From Vicugna vicugna (taxonomy: Eukaryota): a DNA stretch of 64,000 nt. Positions 21,380-32,667 of the stretch are shown one piece after another; the first letter of the stretch is position 1, and each line of letters starts with the position of its first letter. Made by a program: the position numbers and the translations under genes. Under the pieces are notes generated by a model. It was not told the origin of the DNA. It worked only from the letters and a program-made list of their open reading frames with translations, and did no database searches. The DNA is taken from assembly GCA_013265495.1 (NCBI GenBank), contig MU057944.1:186001-250000 (forward strand), written 5' to 3'.

Positions 21380-22750
21380 CAGCGTGTCCCAAAATTTCCG
21401 GTCTCTGAACCACTTTACCCTCTTATAAAACTGATGACTCCAAGGAGCTTAGTTTATAAAGTTTAGATCTATTGATATTTACTATTTTAGAAAGTAAACT
21501 CGAAAACATGTCTAAATCTTCAACAATTGATTTTAAAATAACAGGAATAAACCCATTACAGATTGGCATTATTTTTAATGGGAAAAAAAACCCTGTATTT
21601 TCCCCAACAATAAGATTTGATTGAGGGGAAAAAAACAGCATAGTTTCACAATTTTGCAAAAACTTTTTAATGTCTGACTTGACTGCTGAGTTCTCGTATC
21701 TGCTCTGTCAGTCAGGCTGCTGTGATTTGGTTGAAAATCTAGCATCGCACAGATATGTAGTTGGAAGAGGGAGGAGTGTATTAATTGCCTTATTACATAA
21801 CCATGGATATTTTTCTTGGACTCCATACTAAAACTCACCAAGTGGTAGTTTCTTAGAGGTTTGCTGCCATGTGGAATCTGAAACCTCGTCCAGTGAAGGT
21901 TTTGTGTTCTGTTAGGTTGGACAAAACCTTTGGTCTAACTGGCACTTTGAATGGATATTGTGCCCACACATGATTTCTTACATCTAACATGGCTCGCTTG
22001 GGACATATTGATTCACTGAATTATGTGAATCCTCCAAATGTTGACATATTTCATTAATCCAACATCCAGAAGTCACATTTGTCAACCTCACCACCAATCT
22101 CATTAGAAAGCCTTTGAGTCTTGAGAAGTTGGTGAAGTCATAGTGGCAGGTCAGGGTTGCCCAAATTCTGATTTTTGCTCAAACGTTCAAGTTTTATCCC
22201 TCGCACCAAGCACTGTCACTTGTTTTCCTAGAAGTAACAGGCTCACTTCCTTCACTTGTTAACTGAGTTCAGTAATTTGCCAGATCCCACGGTTTGTATT
22301 TCAGTCATTCTTTCAAGTACAAATGGTGTATTACGAAAAAGTGGCTTGTTTAGCTAGCAACTCAGACAGTTGCAGGAGTGATCTTCCTCGAGGTAGCCAC
22401 GATACTTCGGTATGCAGCGGAAGAGTTTTAAGTGTACCTCCCATTTTATTAAAAGATATGTACTTGGTGATCAAGTTTTAAAGGAGCTTGTTATTTTTAC
22501 CGCTTCATCAAGGATATTCTTAAGTAAAGCTGCCCCCCTTTTTTTCGACTATGAGTGCATTGTGTAAAGGACATAATGACTGCTGATATGGCTTGATGCC
22601 ACTGCTGTGATTTCTGCTGAGATACTGGCATTCTACCCAGCATTGCTTTGGACCAATAGAGCAAATACTGACACAGTTTTTTTTTTAAAGGCAAATAGCA
22701 TTAGAGTTACTATGAAAATAATTTTCCTCTTAGAGCCCTTGAAATGTAAT
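21380..22750 (-). mobile_element. Charlie1a-like hAT DNA transposon fossil with decayed transposase C-terminal region; one end truncated
   Basis: 3' terminus cagcgtgtcccaaaatttccggtctc at 21380; minus strand 22423-22382 encodes LPLHTEVSWLPRGR (Charlie/Buster LLLHTEVRWLSRG motif); other end matches ..aaaactattttcataata..gctatttgcc; reading frame broken. Confidence 0.88.
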
Positions 22751-22769
22751 CGGTGGTGACTGTGGTGGT

Positions 22770-22915
22770 GACAGCTAGCGTTTTTGAGCACTCTTTATAT
22801 GCCTCACACTTCAGCTCATTCAGTCTTCACAACTGGCATGTGAGGTGGGCTATGAATGTGCCAAGATTACACAGCAGTGCCTGGTTGGGGCAGGTTCAGA
22901 CTTCAGCAAGGCAGT
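22770..22915 (-). mobile_element. MIR fragment
   Basis: agctagcgtttttgagcact..cattcagtcttcacaact..gtgaggtggg. Confidence 0.65.
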
Positions 22916-23401
22916 TCTGGAGCCCTTGGGTGATGCTGGCAGGGACAGAGAGGGTATTACTGCAAGGGAAATAGCTTGGGCAAAGGCAGGAAGGCCAGCC
23001 TGTGTATCGGGGTGGGAAAGGAATCCCCCTACGGAGGCTTTGCAGTGGGGGAAGGTGGGAGACAATCATGGTGAACTTCAAAGGGCTGTACCCTGAAGTT
23101 TAGGAACCATGAGGTTTCGAGCAGGAGGAAGCAATATGACGAGTAGGGTGTTTAAGATGTCCCCATTTCCCTTTCCCACCCTCTCCTTGCCTTTGCAGCC
23201 TTGTCTGTCTCCTAGCACGTGGATGTACATGTTGTTTCCTGGATATGGGTCCTCTCCCTTCTCTGCCCTCTGGGTCTTTGCATTCTTCTTCCTTCTCCCC
23301 CATCCTCCCTTCTGATGATCACTCTTCCTCCAAATCCTGATTTAGGCTCTGCTTCCTCCAGAAACCTTTCTGGACCATCTCCACTTGATGGATTCAGGGC
23401 C

Positions 23402-23912
23402 TGTGGTTGGCAGGATCCTACCCCTTCACCCCCAAGATGTCTACATCCTAACATCTAGAGCATGTGAATAAGGTAGGTTACATGGCAAAAGAGAACTAAG
23501 GTTGTTAATCAGATGTCTTAAGATGGGGGATTACCTGGTGGGCCCAGTGAATCCCAGGGGTCCTTCAAAGTGGAAGAGGAGGCAGACGAGTCAGAGTCAG
23601 AGAAGGTGATGTGACCCCAGAACGGAGGCTGGAGATTCAGCATGAGGACTCAACCCACCATTGCAGGTGTTGAAGATGGAGGAAGGGGCCATGAGCCGAG
23701 GAATGTGTGTGGCCTCTAGAGGCTGGAAAAGACAGAGACAGAGTCTCCCCTACAACCTCCAGAAGGATTGCAGTCCTGCCCACGTCTTGATCTTAGCCTC
23801 CTGAAACCCATTTCAGGCTTTTGACCTCCAGAATGATATGATACTAAATTTATATCGTGGGAAGTACTAAATGTGTGGTAATTTGTTACAGCAAGGAGGA
23901 AGAAATTCATAA
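23402..23912 (+). mobile_element. MLT1D-like solo LTR
   Basis: tgtggttggcagg..cccccaagatgtctacatcctaa..gaagatggaggaaggggccatgagccgaggaatg..gtgtggtaatttgttacagca. Confidence 0.88.
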
Positions 23913-24214
23913 GGGCCCTTCCTCCCTGGACTTCACAGCCCTCGGTGCCGACCTCCCTCAGGACTCAGCACACGTGGGGGATGTTTGTGTCCTGTCGGGC
24001 TTGCCACTCGCCAGGCTCCTCCTGCAGGCACGGTACCCAGTGCAGAGCCAGCCTCGTTACCCCAACAAAGCCGATGGCTGGTGAGCGCGGCATAGAGGAA
24101 GCGATGCCCAAGTTTCGTCTCTTTAGCACAAGAAATAAGGCCTGTCGGGGCCTTTTCGCTGCCTCAGAATGAGTCACCTGCCCTCCAGTGAGCTCGTGGA
24201 AGGAACTGAGCCTT

Positions 24215-24340
24215 ATTATTTAATTTGCTCGTTCAACAAATGTTCCCTGAAAGCTTCCCCCACAGTAGAACCCGTGTCTACGGCTCAGACAGTTCAGAGG
24301 CAGATCAGGCCCAGGCCCTGCTCAGAACCCAGTGACACAC
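24215..24340 (-). mobile_element. L2 3' end fragment
   Basis: tttgctcgttcaacaaatgttccctga..gcagatcaggcccaggccctgc. Confidence 0.55.
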
Positions 24341-25284
24341 CTGAAACCCACAGCATAGTCAGTGCTAGTGGGTTGAATAACATATTTTTTAATGACCGAC
24401 CAGGCCTGCCGACAAGAATCTCTGCCACAGATACTCTGCTTGAAGAGTTCTGGGCTGCAGAGAATGTCTTAGGCCTTGAGCAGCAGGGGACACCAGTGTC
24501 CTTTATGTTCCCAGCAGGTGTGGCCATGCCCCGGCTGCCTTTGCAGGTGTAACCAGGCCTGTAGACAGTGGGGAAGTAGGTGGCCCGAGTGGCTGTTGAA
24601 TAGGACGATGTGTCGCCGAGGCTGGAGTGGCTCTGCCCACCTGCTTTCTTACACACACATCCTCGTCTCCAGCGCTGTGTGGGTTTGAAAAGCAACTTCA
24701 TGTTTCCTGTTTCCCTTCCCACATCTTCACTCCACTCTTTGTCTCACCCCTTCCATCAAAGACTTGTTCATCTTCTGGGCAGCCTGTCACCTGGGTGGAA
24801 TTCATGTGCTTCTCTAAGACGTACACAGAAGCTACCACTGTTTCTTAGGCCATCTAGCCTGACATCCAGAGCCAGCCCCTCTGTCCCACAGGCCTGAGGT
24901 CGAAGACTCGGAGCTGGAACATCTTAGAATTTGGTGGAAGTGTCCGGAGAGTTTTAACTCTACTGACAGAACATCTTCCTAATATGCTACCGACTGCTTT
25001 TAACCATTAACATTCACCTTGAAGTCTTAGACTCCAAATTCGATCCAGATGAAAGAAAGGTTCAGAATTTCTGCTGTTCTGTTGCACGGGCTGTGTGACT
25101 CTGGCAGGTTAGCCGCTTCACATGGGTGCTGGGTTCCCAAAAAAGAGCACATACCCTAATGCCCATGTTTTTTAATAAATGTTTTCTCTGGAGTACTTTG
25201 AGATTTCCAGAGAAGTTGCAGGGTCCCAGTATGTCCAGCTCCCCTATCCGCTGCATCTTAGATACTGCAGCACGTCACACGGTT

Positions 25285-25390
25285 GCTTTTCAAACCACCT
25301 CTTGTATCATGCCTACTGGTGTCTCGTTGGCTAGAGCAAGTCACATGACAAGCCCTGCGTCACGTGGATGGAGACTCCGCAAGGCTGCGG
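25285..25390 (-). mobile_element. MLT1F/H-like fragment
   Basis: ccacctcttgtatcatg..cgttggctagagcaagtcacatgacaagccc. Confidence 0.6.
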
Positions 25391-25999
25391 TTCCAGGGAG
25401 GCAGGGCTCGTTGGCGGCCCTGACTGTGGATCTACCACTGAGCGCATTTTAATAGAATCGTGCAGAGTCTGATTAGTGTCTGGGATTCTGGTGACTGACA
25501 ACACGTGGCGTCAACTTTGTCTGTTTTGACTCCTTTGATTTTTGTAGGTTTTTGTAACTAAGTGACTGCTGTCCTCTCTCCTTGCCCTCATCCGGGGATT
25601 TTCCCACTGGCCCCTTGACTCTATGAGATGGAAAGGCAGTCTATCCAGTCTCCTCCCCCTGGGACCCCTTTGTCACCCTCCCTGCTGCCCAGGCCAGAAT
25701 CTGCCCCACAGCGTCCTGAACAAGTGCTCCTCTGGGGTCTCCTTCAATGCTTTGGGTCCAGTTCTCGGTAGAGCCCACTGTGTATTAATGTTCTGATTAT
25801 GGCCGTCTTCTGTGTATCCTGAGAAAAAGGAAATACACAGACACCCTCCAGGACTCATGCAACACAAATCTGACACTTATTTTGGAAGCAGGTACCAGCG
25901 CCCAATCTCTCTTCCCTATTCAGAAAATAACCTTATACACCCATTTTGTAGTTGGGATGACTGAGGGGTGAGCCCATAGTAAATCGCTTTTGAGCAGTA

Positions 26000-26240
26000 A
26001 TCATCCCAGCTGACATTTATTTCGCACTTGGACTATGCTGGGCACTCTCACTGCTTCGCCTGCATGAGCTCACCAACCCTTGTTAGGTGCGCGGTGTTAA
26101 TTAGCCTCAGTTTCCCCATCTACAAAGTGGGGGTGAAAGAGGTTAAGGATTTTTCTAGTCTCCTGGCCAGTAGACTTTCGAGTCATGACTTGATCTCCAA
26201 TGACTCTGATTTCTAGACCTCTGTTCTTAGCAGATACTCC
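26000..26240 (-). mobile_element. MIR with an internal 30-bp inversion (26104-26133)
   Basis: Both flanks align to MIR minus strand; central gcctcagtttccccatctacaaagtggggg is in the plus orientation. Confidence 0.8.
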
Positions 26241-26710
26241 TTTGATGGTGGGGGTCTTAGGGGTGGTCCTAGCAGGGGAGAGGAGGGGAGTGAAGTGGGG
26301 ATGAGAGGAGAAGGAGGAACAGATCTGGATCTGGAAGCACAGCGTTCCTGGGTGTCGCTCAGGGGCACCTTGAGGCCCCGGGATTTGTGTATTTGTTCCT
26401 AGTTGAGAGTTGTCACAGAGAGTAAAGGCTTCAAGGCTAGTCTCTCACACACCAACCGGGAACTTCTGTCCCCAGCCTGCTCTCCCTCCACCGCTCAGTG
26501 AACACACTTCAGCCCCGGGAGACGCCAGTGGCCTCAGCCACCAGATTTACGGTGTGAGCCAGGCCTGCAGACCTCGGGCCGCTGCTTTTAGTTAAGCCCC
26601 ACTCCCTTCCCGGGAAGGGTCTGAGATTGACTGGCTGAGAGAAGGGGAACAGAGTTCCGTGCAAGAGAAGCCAGGCTCTCGAGCTGCCTTTCAAAAGACA
26701 TCGCCCGAGA

Positions 26711-26739
26711 CCGTGTTTGGCGCCGTGTTTGGCGCCGTG
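26711..26739. repeat. 12-bp tandem repeat x2.4 (CCGTGTTTGGCG)
   Basis: Perfect units 26711-26722 and 26723-26734, partial to 26739. Confidence 0.95.
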
Positions 26740-27464
26740 GCCTCCATCTCTGTGCAGGCCCACCTTACCGGAGTGGGGTCAGGACGTGGCCCTGAGTCGG
26801 TGGCGGGGAAGTGAAAGCCACACTGGCCTCCATCCTGGGAGAGGAGCTTTGGCCTGAGCCAGGCCGGGTGGGAGGCGGTGGCAGTGGGCTCTTCAGAGCT
26901 GGTCCTCATTCTGCGGTGGCCGTGCTCGGCTGGGATGGGCTCTGGTCCGAGGCGGCTGTGGACACAGGGTCAAGTCTGACAGGGGGTCTTGGCTGTGACT
27001 CTCCTCAGCCCTGACTGGCTCCCCGGGGGATGCTGTCCCGGCCTCAGACAGGGCTCTGGGGGTGAGCTTCCTTCCCAGGAGAGCCCTGGGGATGGTCAGA
27101 TGGGAAAGGGGGAAGCAGGGCTTTGTGGGCCTCGAGTGGCATGTTTGGTGGCGGGTGGGGAGCAGGGGCAGCACCGTTTCACGCACATGTAGCCAGTCTG
27201 CTCGGGGACCTCTTGGGTCAGCCCTGTGCTGAGCCCCACACACACCTTATCTTCCCTTCTGAGAACAAGTCCACAATGCAGGTGGAGTTAGCCTGACTTG
27301 ACAGTTGCAGAAACTGAGGTTCCAAGAGGCTCACACAGCTTTCAGGTCTCTGTATTTGAACTTGAAGTCTCACGCCTGACACGGATCCCTTACTGCACCA
27401 GCCTTCGTTTCTGACCAGTGGAAATGTCTTCAGTGTTGACGAAACCTTACCTGGAACTGCACTC

Positions 27465-27595
27465 ACTTATTCATTCAGCAAACACTTGCTGAGGTCCTGC
27501 TATTTGTCAGACATCGTTCTGGGCCCTTGGGGTGTATCTTTGAGCAAAATAGACAGACGGTCTGCTTCTCACGGATCATATATTCTGGAAGGGGT
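27465..27595 (-). mobile_element. L2 3' end
   Basis: cacttattcattcagcaaacacttgctgagg..cagacatcgttctgggcc. Confidence 0.75.
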
Positions 27596-28097
27596 GCTAA
27601 TTACTGTGGCTGTGGAACAAACAGCCCCCAGATCTTACTGGCTCAAAACAGCCAGCATTTTCCTAATTGTTTAATGATTTTGTGTGTCAGGGGCTTGGCG
27701 GGGCTCCGCTGGGTGCTTCTTCAGTTCCACGTGGTGTGGGGGCTCGGGGAGGTGGTCCCACAGTGAGGGGTTCTTCCACTGGAAGGTCCAAGACAGCCTC
27801 ACTCCCATGTCTGGCGCCTTTGTGGGGTGTCTGGCCTCAGCTGGACTGACACCCACTTGTGGCCTCTCCAGCGTGGTAGTCTGATCTCCTGCAGAGGCTC
27901 GGGGAGCCCACAGAAAGGGTTCCAGGAAATCAAGGAGCAAGCTGTAAGGCTTCCTGGTCTCTGACGTCACTTAGCGTCACTTCTGCCTCTTTCTCTTGGT
28001 GGCAGGCGGGCCACAAGGCCAGCCAGACTCCACCCCAGAAAAAGCACATATGGAGGTATTACTGTGTCCCTCTTTGCAAAAATGCCACCTGCCACAC
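27596..28097 (-). mobile_element. MLT1 (F/G/H-like) solo LTR
   Basis: ctgtggaacaaacagcccc..ggctcaaaacagc..ggaaggtccaagacagcctcactcccatgtctggc..gtcacttctgcc..tttgcaaaaatgccacctgccaca. Confidence 0.7.
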
Positions 28098-28239
28098 AGG
28101 GGAGGGAGGAGGCCAACCACAAACAGGGAACATGGAAAACTAAATCATGTGTTGGAAGACTGTAAGCACAACAGGGACCTAGAACTTTTACAGTGGAATG
28201 AGGCAGAACACAGCCTTTCCTCTCCCCGGTCTTCACTCA

Positions 28240-28735
28240 CCTAGGAAATACACATCCACACAAAGACTTGTACACAAATGGTCATAGCAGCTTTCTTCGT
28301 AACAGCCCAAACCTGGAAGCTGCCCAGAAGTCCATCGACAGCTGAATAAGTGAACAGACTGGTACGTCCTGCAAGGGAATCCTACTCAGCGATAAAGCAA
28401 CGAACTCTTGAGATGTTCAGCATCCCACATGGTGGATCTCAAAATAATTATGCTGAGTGACAGAGTCTAGAAAGAAAATAGTGTATCCTCTGAGCTCTAG
28501 AAAACGAAAACTAATCTATAGGGACAGAAAGGTCAGGGGTGGCCTGGGGGTGGGAGGAGGGGCAGGAGTGGAATTTTCAAAGGAGAAGAGGAAACTTGTG
28601 GGGTGATGGGTGCGCTTCTGTCTTGATCGTGGTGATAGTTTTACAGGTGTTCACATATGCCAGGTTGTATCAGATGGTACCCATCACATATTTTCAGTTT
28701 GTTGTATGTCGCTTGTTATCAATAAAGGTGTTTTC
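28240..28735 (+). mobile_element. L1M (L1MB/MC-type) 3' end
   Basis: ccacacaaagacttgtacacaaatggtcatagcagc..aacctggaagc..atctcaaaataattatgctgagtga..cttgatcgtggtgatagtt..caataaag. Confidence 0.88.
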
Positions 28736-29254
28736 AGAAGAGGATGTGGTGCCTCAGGAATCCTGGCTACAGGGCATTCCGGAGTGGGGAGCATTCAGTC
28801 CCCCTCAGGCCACACTCAGGCGGCCTCTGGCTTAGCCTTCATGCTCGCCTCAGCGGATCACAGAGGGGACCCAGCCCCAGGTGGGCAGAGCCCTGTCCTG
28901 TTGGGGACCCAGTGCCCAGGGCCCCTGGGCTCCAGACAAAGACAGAGCCCAGCAAGATTCCAAGCTGCACGTGCCGTAGCCGGGGCGTCTAGGCCAGCTC
29001 TTTAAATAGCTGCAAACACACGGGCTGACCAGCGGCGGTGACAGAGGCTGCTAACAACCAGGCGAGTTTTGTGCCCAGAGTCTTATATGGGGGCACAGAA
29101 GGAGAAGAAGCATTTTTTGGGCACTGAGCTCAACACTCAGAACAGTTTAGAAAGGAGCAACCTCTTTTCTAGGGAAAGGGAAAAGATGCAGGTTGAAGTC
29201 CAATGGCTCCATAACATTTTAAAAATTAATACTTAACATTTAATGTATAGGTAA

Positions 29255-29420
29255 TTAATACCATTTGTATGTATTTATTGAATATTTCTATGGGCCTGGA
29301 CTGCATGGGCTATAAATCCCATGAATTATCTCGGATAAGCCTCCCCATTTTTCAAATGAGAAGACTGAGAGACAGAGAGGCAGCTGCTGAGTGTGGAAGT
29401 GAAGCCAAGCAAAGGGTGCC
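29255..29420 (-). mobile_element. MIR fragment
   Basis: gtatttattgaatattt..ccccatttttcaaatgagaagactgagagacagagagg. Confidence 0.7.
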
Positions 29421-30889
29421 TGGCTCTCGGACCTGGGGAGTTTGGCTGCTGGTACCCTACGCAACCCTGTGGGGAGCCTGCTGCTGTTTGTTTATGTGGT
29501 TAACAGGTTTTTAATGATGCATTATTTGCGATGTGCATCTCGGGGATAGGCTGGGCCCGTGCATCAGAGGCAGGGGGGCCTGCGGGAGCCGGCAGTCAGC
29601 AGTTAGGAGTCCAGGGGTCTCCACTAGTGCTGCCCGCAGCCTCTGCAGGCCTCATCAGGAAAGTGGGAGGTTGGGCTAAGTGTTGTGATGAGCCCCTGTG
29701 GTCATGGACCATGAGCAGCATTCTCAGAATGCAGCGGGAACAACACAACCTCTGAAAAAGCCAGGACAGCAGCCTGGCGCTGCCACCTGACTGCAGCAGT
29801 GGTAACAGACGTGCTGATGGAATGGCGTGTCCGTGGGTCTCACCACCTGGGCCCCTGCCTGCCAGGGGGCCTGCCGCTCTCACCCCAGCCCAGAGAGAAG
29901 CCTCAGGACCTACACCCCAGTGCCCGACCTGGCAGCTCTTAGCCACTGACCTTTGCAGACCCTGAACTCCAGAGAACTTGCTCGCCCATGAAGACCTAGA
30001 AGTATCTTTCTGATACTTCCAGGCCCTGCCAGCAGAGTGGTGCCCAAGGAAAGGAAGGTCTTTAGCGAGCACCCGTAGGCCCAGGCAGAAGGAGGCAGAT
30101 GGCCCAGGACTGGTCAACGTCCCTGCCCCCTGCCAAGCCCTCCCAGAAGAGGCGGGATCCGGCTCTCGCCGGTGGTTTTGCTTCCTAGCTGCCCTGGAGA
30201 CGGGCCCCGGTACCCGCCAGCTCGAGGAGCGGTGGTCATCCTGGTGCTGCTGACCCTTCTCTCTCCCACCCAGTCTTCGGCACTGGACTCAGCACATGGC
30301 AAGGGGCTCATAAATGGGCCTGAGGTGAAGGCGGAAGATGGAAAACAACGTGGAGTCTTTAGGACTGTCCCTTCCTCGGGGAAGTGGCTGTTGACTCAGC
30401 CTTGTCAGGCCGGGAGCGCCTTGAGGCCGGGGTCTGAAGTGTATTTGTCTCTGCAGCTCTGTGATGGTCCGTTCCGGCTGCTGAGGCATGAGCAAGGCGG
30501 GGGAAGCAGCGCCGAGCAGGGGAGACGCGTGCTGGGCCTCAGGGGCTGGCACCCAGGGGGTGTGCGGGAAGTCGACAGAGGGTGGGCTCACACCCTGCGT
30601 GAACATGCCCGCGTCTGTACAGAAGGTCCTGTGAGTGGGCGGCGTCCCTCAGCCTGGCTTCCTGGTTACGTGAGCTGTTGGTGCCATCCTGATCTCCAAC
30701 CTTTGTCACCTGCCAGCACGACCATGGTGTGCATGTCCTCCCTGCCCCTGAATCATTGCCGAGGCCCACGCCAGTGTCAGTCAAAAAAAAACGCACAGGT
30801 GCACCCCTTTCTTTCTTCTTCCTAGCTCAGGTGACTGCAAATGCGGGGAGAATCCCTTCCTTCAGGGGCAGAATGGGCTGGGATGGCCC

Positions 30890-31360
30890 TGGGCGGCACC
30901 CGGGGCAGAGGAACCCGGGGCTCAGGCCAGTCCTGCCGAAGCAAGGCCGCTTCCTGGCTGGAATTCCCAGAGGAAGGTGGCTTTGAAGAACGGCGGCAGA
31001 GGCTAAAAGCTCGCACGCCGCCCAGGACTGCGGGGGGGCCCGCGGGGCAGACCTGTCGGCCGCTCAGCGGGCTCGGCTGAGTGTTCCCGGCGTCAGTTTC
31101 GCTTCGCAGGTGCTGGGAGGTGCGTGTCGCGCCTCGGGAGTGGTTTCCGCTCCAGGCAGAGTCTGTCTCTGCAACGGCTTCTCCCTCCCTGCCCTTCCCC
31201 GCTGTGGCCGGTGGTTACTGAAGACCCCTTTCTCTCCTCCGACGCTGCACTTTGTTGGCAGGGCCAGCATCGGGGTCGGGTCAGAACGCTGCTTCCAGAT
31301 GGCCCGGGGCTCGTGGGGGAGCGACTTCGCCGGAGTTTGGGGGCTTCCGAGGTCAGTGGG
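30890..31360. promoter_or_regulatory. Intragenic CpG island
   Basis: About 35 CpG in 30961-31360 by hand count at about 66% GC (o/e roughly 0.8); no recognisable repeat. Confidence 0.65.
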
Positions 31361-32164
31361 TGTTGTTTGGGAAGAACCCTTACTGGCCGTTGGAGACGCT
31401 GGCTCCTGATGCAAGAGACTCGGCTGGTGGGTGGTCTGATTCTCAGAAGCACCTGCCAGCTCGATCGCTGTGATCATGGGGAAGAGGTTGGAGGTTTGTG
31501 GTCACGTAGAAGGGGCTGTTTTGTCCCCTCGTCAGATGAGAAGTTGGCAGGTAGCCCCCTTCCCCTTTGCGGGGCCTCCCCTACCCACCCTGGAAGCGGT
31601 CTCCTTGTGCTGTTGGCTTGCCCTTCGTCTGAGAGGGTTTCTTCCTTCCTGTTCTCTCTGGAAGTCAGATCCCTGCCCCCAGCCCAGGCGGCCAGCAGCC
31701 ACACAGGGCAGATGCTCGCGGCTGACCGATGGCCCCCGTGCGTCCTGGAGCTTGTGCGGGCTGGAGGCTCTGCTTGCCGTGAGGGCTGGGTGTCCGGGGT
31801 GGCATTGATCCCCTGCATGTGTGGGGGCTTTCCCAGGCAGAGGGGGGCTGTCTGAGCTGCTTCTCGAAGGGAGATAGGATGCCAAGGCACGGTGACCTCT
31901 GTCACTACTCATAGTTAGTAGTAAATGGAAAAGGTGGTGAATAATTCAGGAGTGGAAGGTACAGGGAGAGGTCAGTGCCCCCAAATGTGGGAACTTTGCC
32001 AGGTTAACACTCTACACGAATCCCAGGAGCAGGGCCGGCAGAAAATTTCCTATTCAAACCAGGCAATCAGGAGATATTTATACAGGGAAGGGGAGGTGCC
32101 CCCTGTGGTTCTAGGTTCAGCCCAAAGTTCTCTCTGGAAAGAAATGAATAGTGGAAAGGGCCCA

Positions 32165-32345
32165 TCCTTTACTGAGCACCTGCAGCGGGCCCTCCACCGG
32201 GAAAGCAGATGCCTCGCGTAATCCTCCCCACCGTGCTGCAGAGATCCTTTCTGTTCTCCTGTTCTCTGTGTGAAGAACGTTTAAGCTCAGAGAGGTCGTA
32301 TGATGGGCCCAAGGTCATGTGTGTGGTCGGCCAGGCTTGGAGTCC
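32165..32345 (-). mobile_element. MIR
   Basis: tttactgagcacctg..taatcctccc..gctcagagaggtcgtatgatgggcccaaggtca. Confidence 0.65.
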
Positions 32346-32349
32346 CCTC

Positions 32350-32515
32350 GACTTGAGCTCAGACAAGTTGCTCGCCTCCCCTTCCCCGCTGGTAGAACGT
32401 CCCCGTTGGGATCATAACAGCACCTACCAAGTCGCTGTGAGATTAAGTGAGATGACCCCTAAAAAGAGGTTAGAACGGTCAATATCTATTTGTTAAATAT
32501 CAGCCACTCTTATTT
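32350..32515 (+). mobile_element. MIR
   Basis: gggatcataacagcacctacc..gctgtgagattaagtgagatga. Confidence 0.6.
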
Positions 32516-32537
32516 ACTATTATTCTTTTACTAAGTT

Positions 32538-32667
32538 CAGAGTGGCCGTACAATTTATTGTCCCAACTGAGAGAGTTTTGCAAGAGAAGGAGGGTCTCTT
32601 AAAAGTTGTCCTGGGACGATAGGAGCAAACTGGAACTGTCCCAGACAGACAGGACTTAGAGCCCTTA
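32538..32667 (+). mobile_element. MER81 (hAT-Blackjack) MITE
   Basis: cagagtggccgtacaatttattgtcccaactg..gggacgataggagcaaactggaactgtcccagacagacaggac follows the MER81 consensus. Confidence 0.7.

Noticed and set aside
30172-30825. 217-aa ORF with a signal-peptide-like stretch (GAVVILVLLTLLSPTQSSA)
   Set aside because: GTG start, hydrophobic run arises from CT-rich DNA, overlaps a MIR tail; the nearby acceptor (30188) reads into a stop in the KAZN phase; no recognisable domain.
31124-31855. 243-aa ORF across the CpG island
   Set aside because: GTG start and R/G/P/A/S-rich composition typical of stop-poor GC-rich DNA; no homology recognised.
32165-32515. Oppositely oriented MIR pairs (also 49450-49790) as dsRNA hairpins
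   Set aside because: Copies are too diverged and cover partly different parts of the consensus to form a stable duplex.
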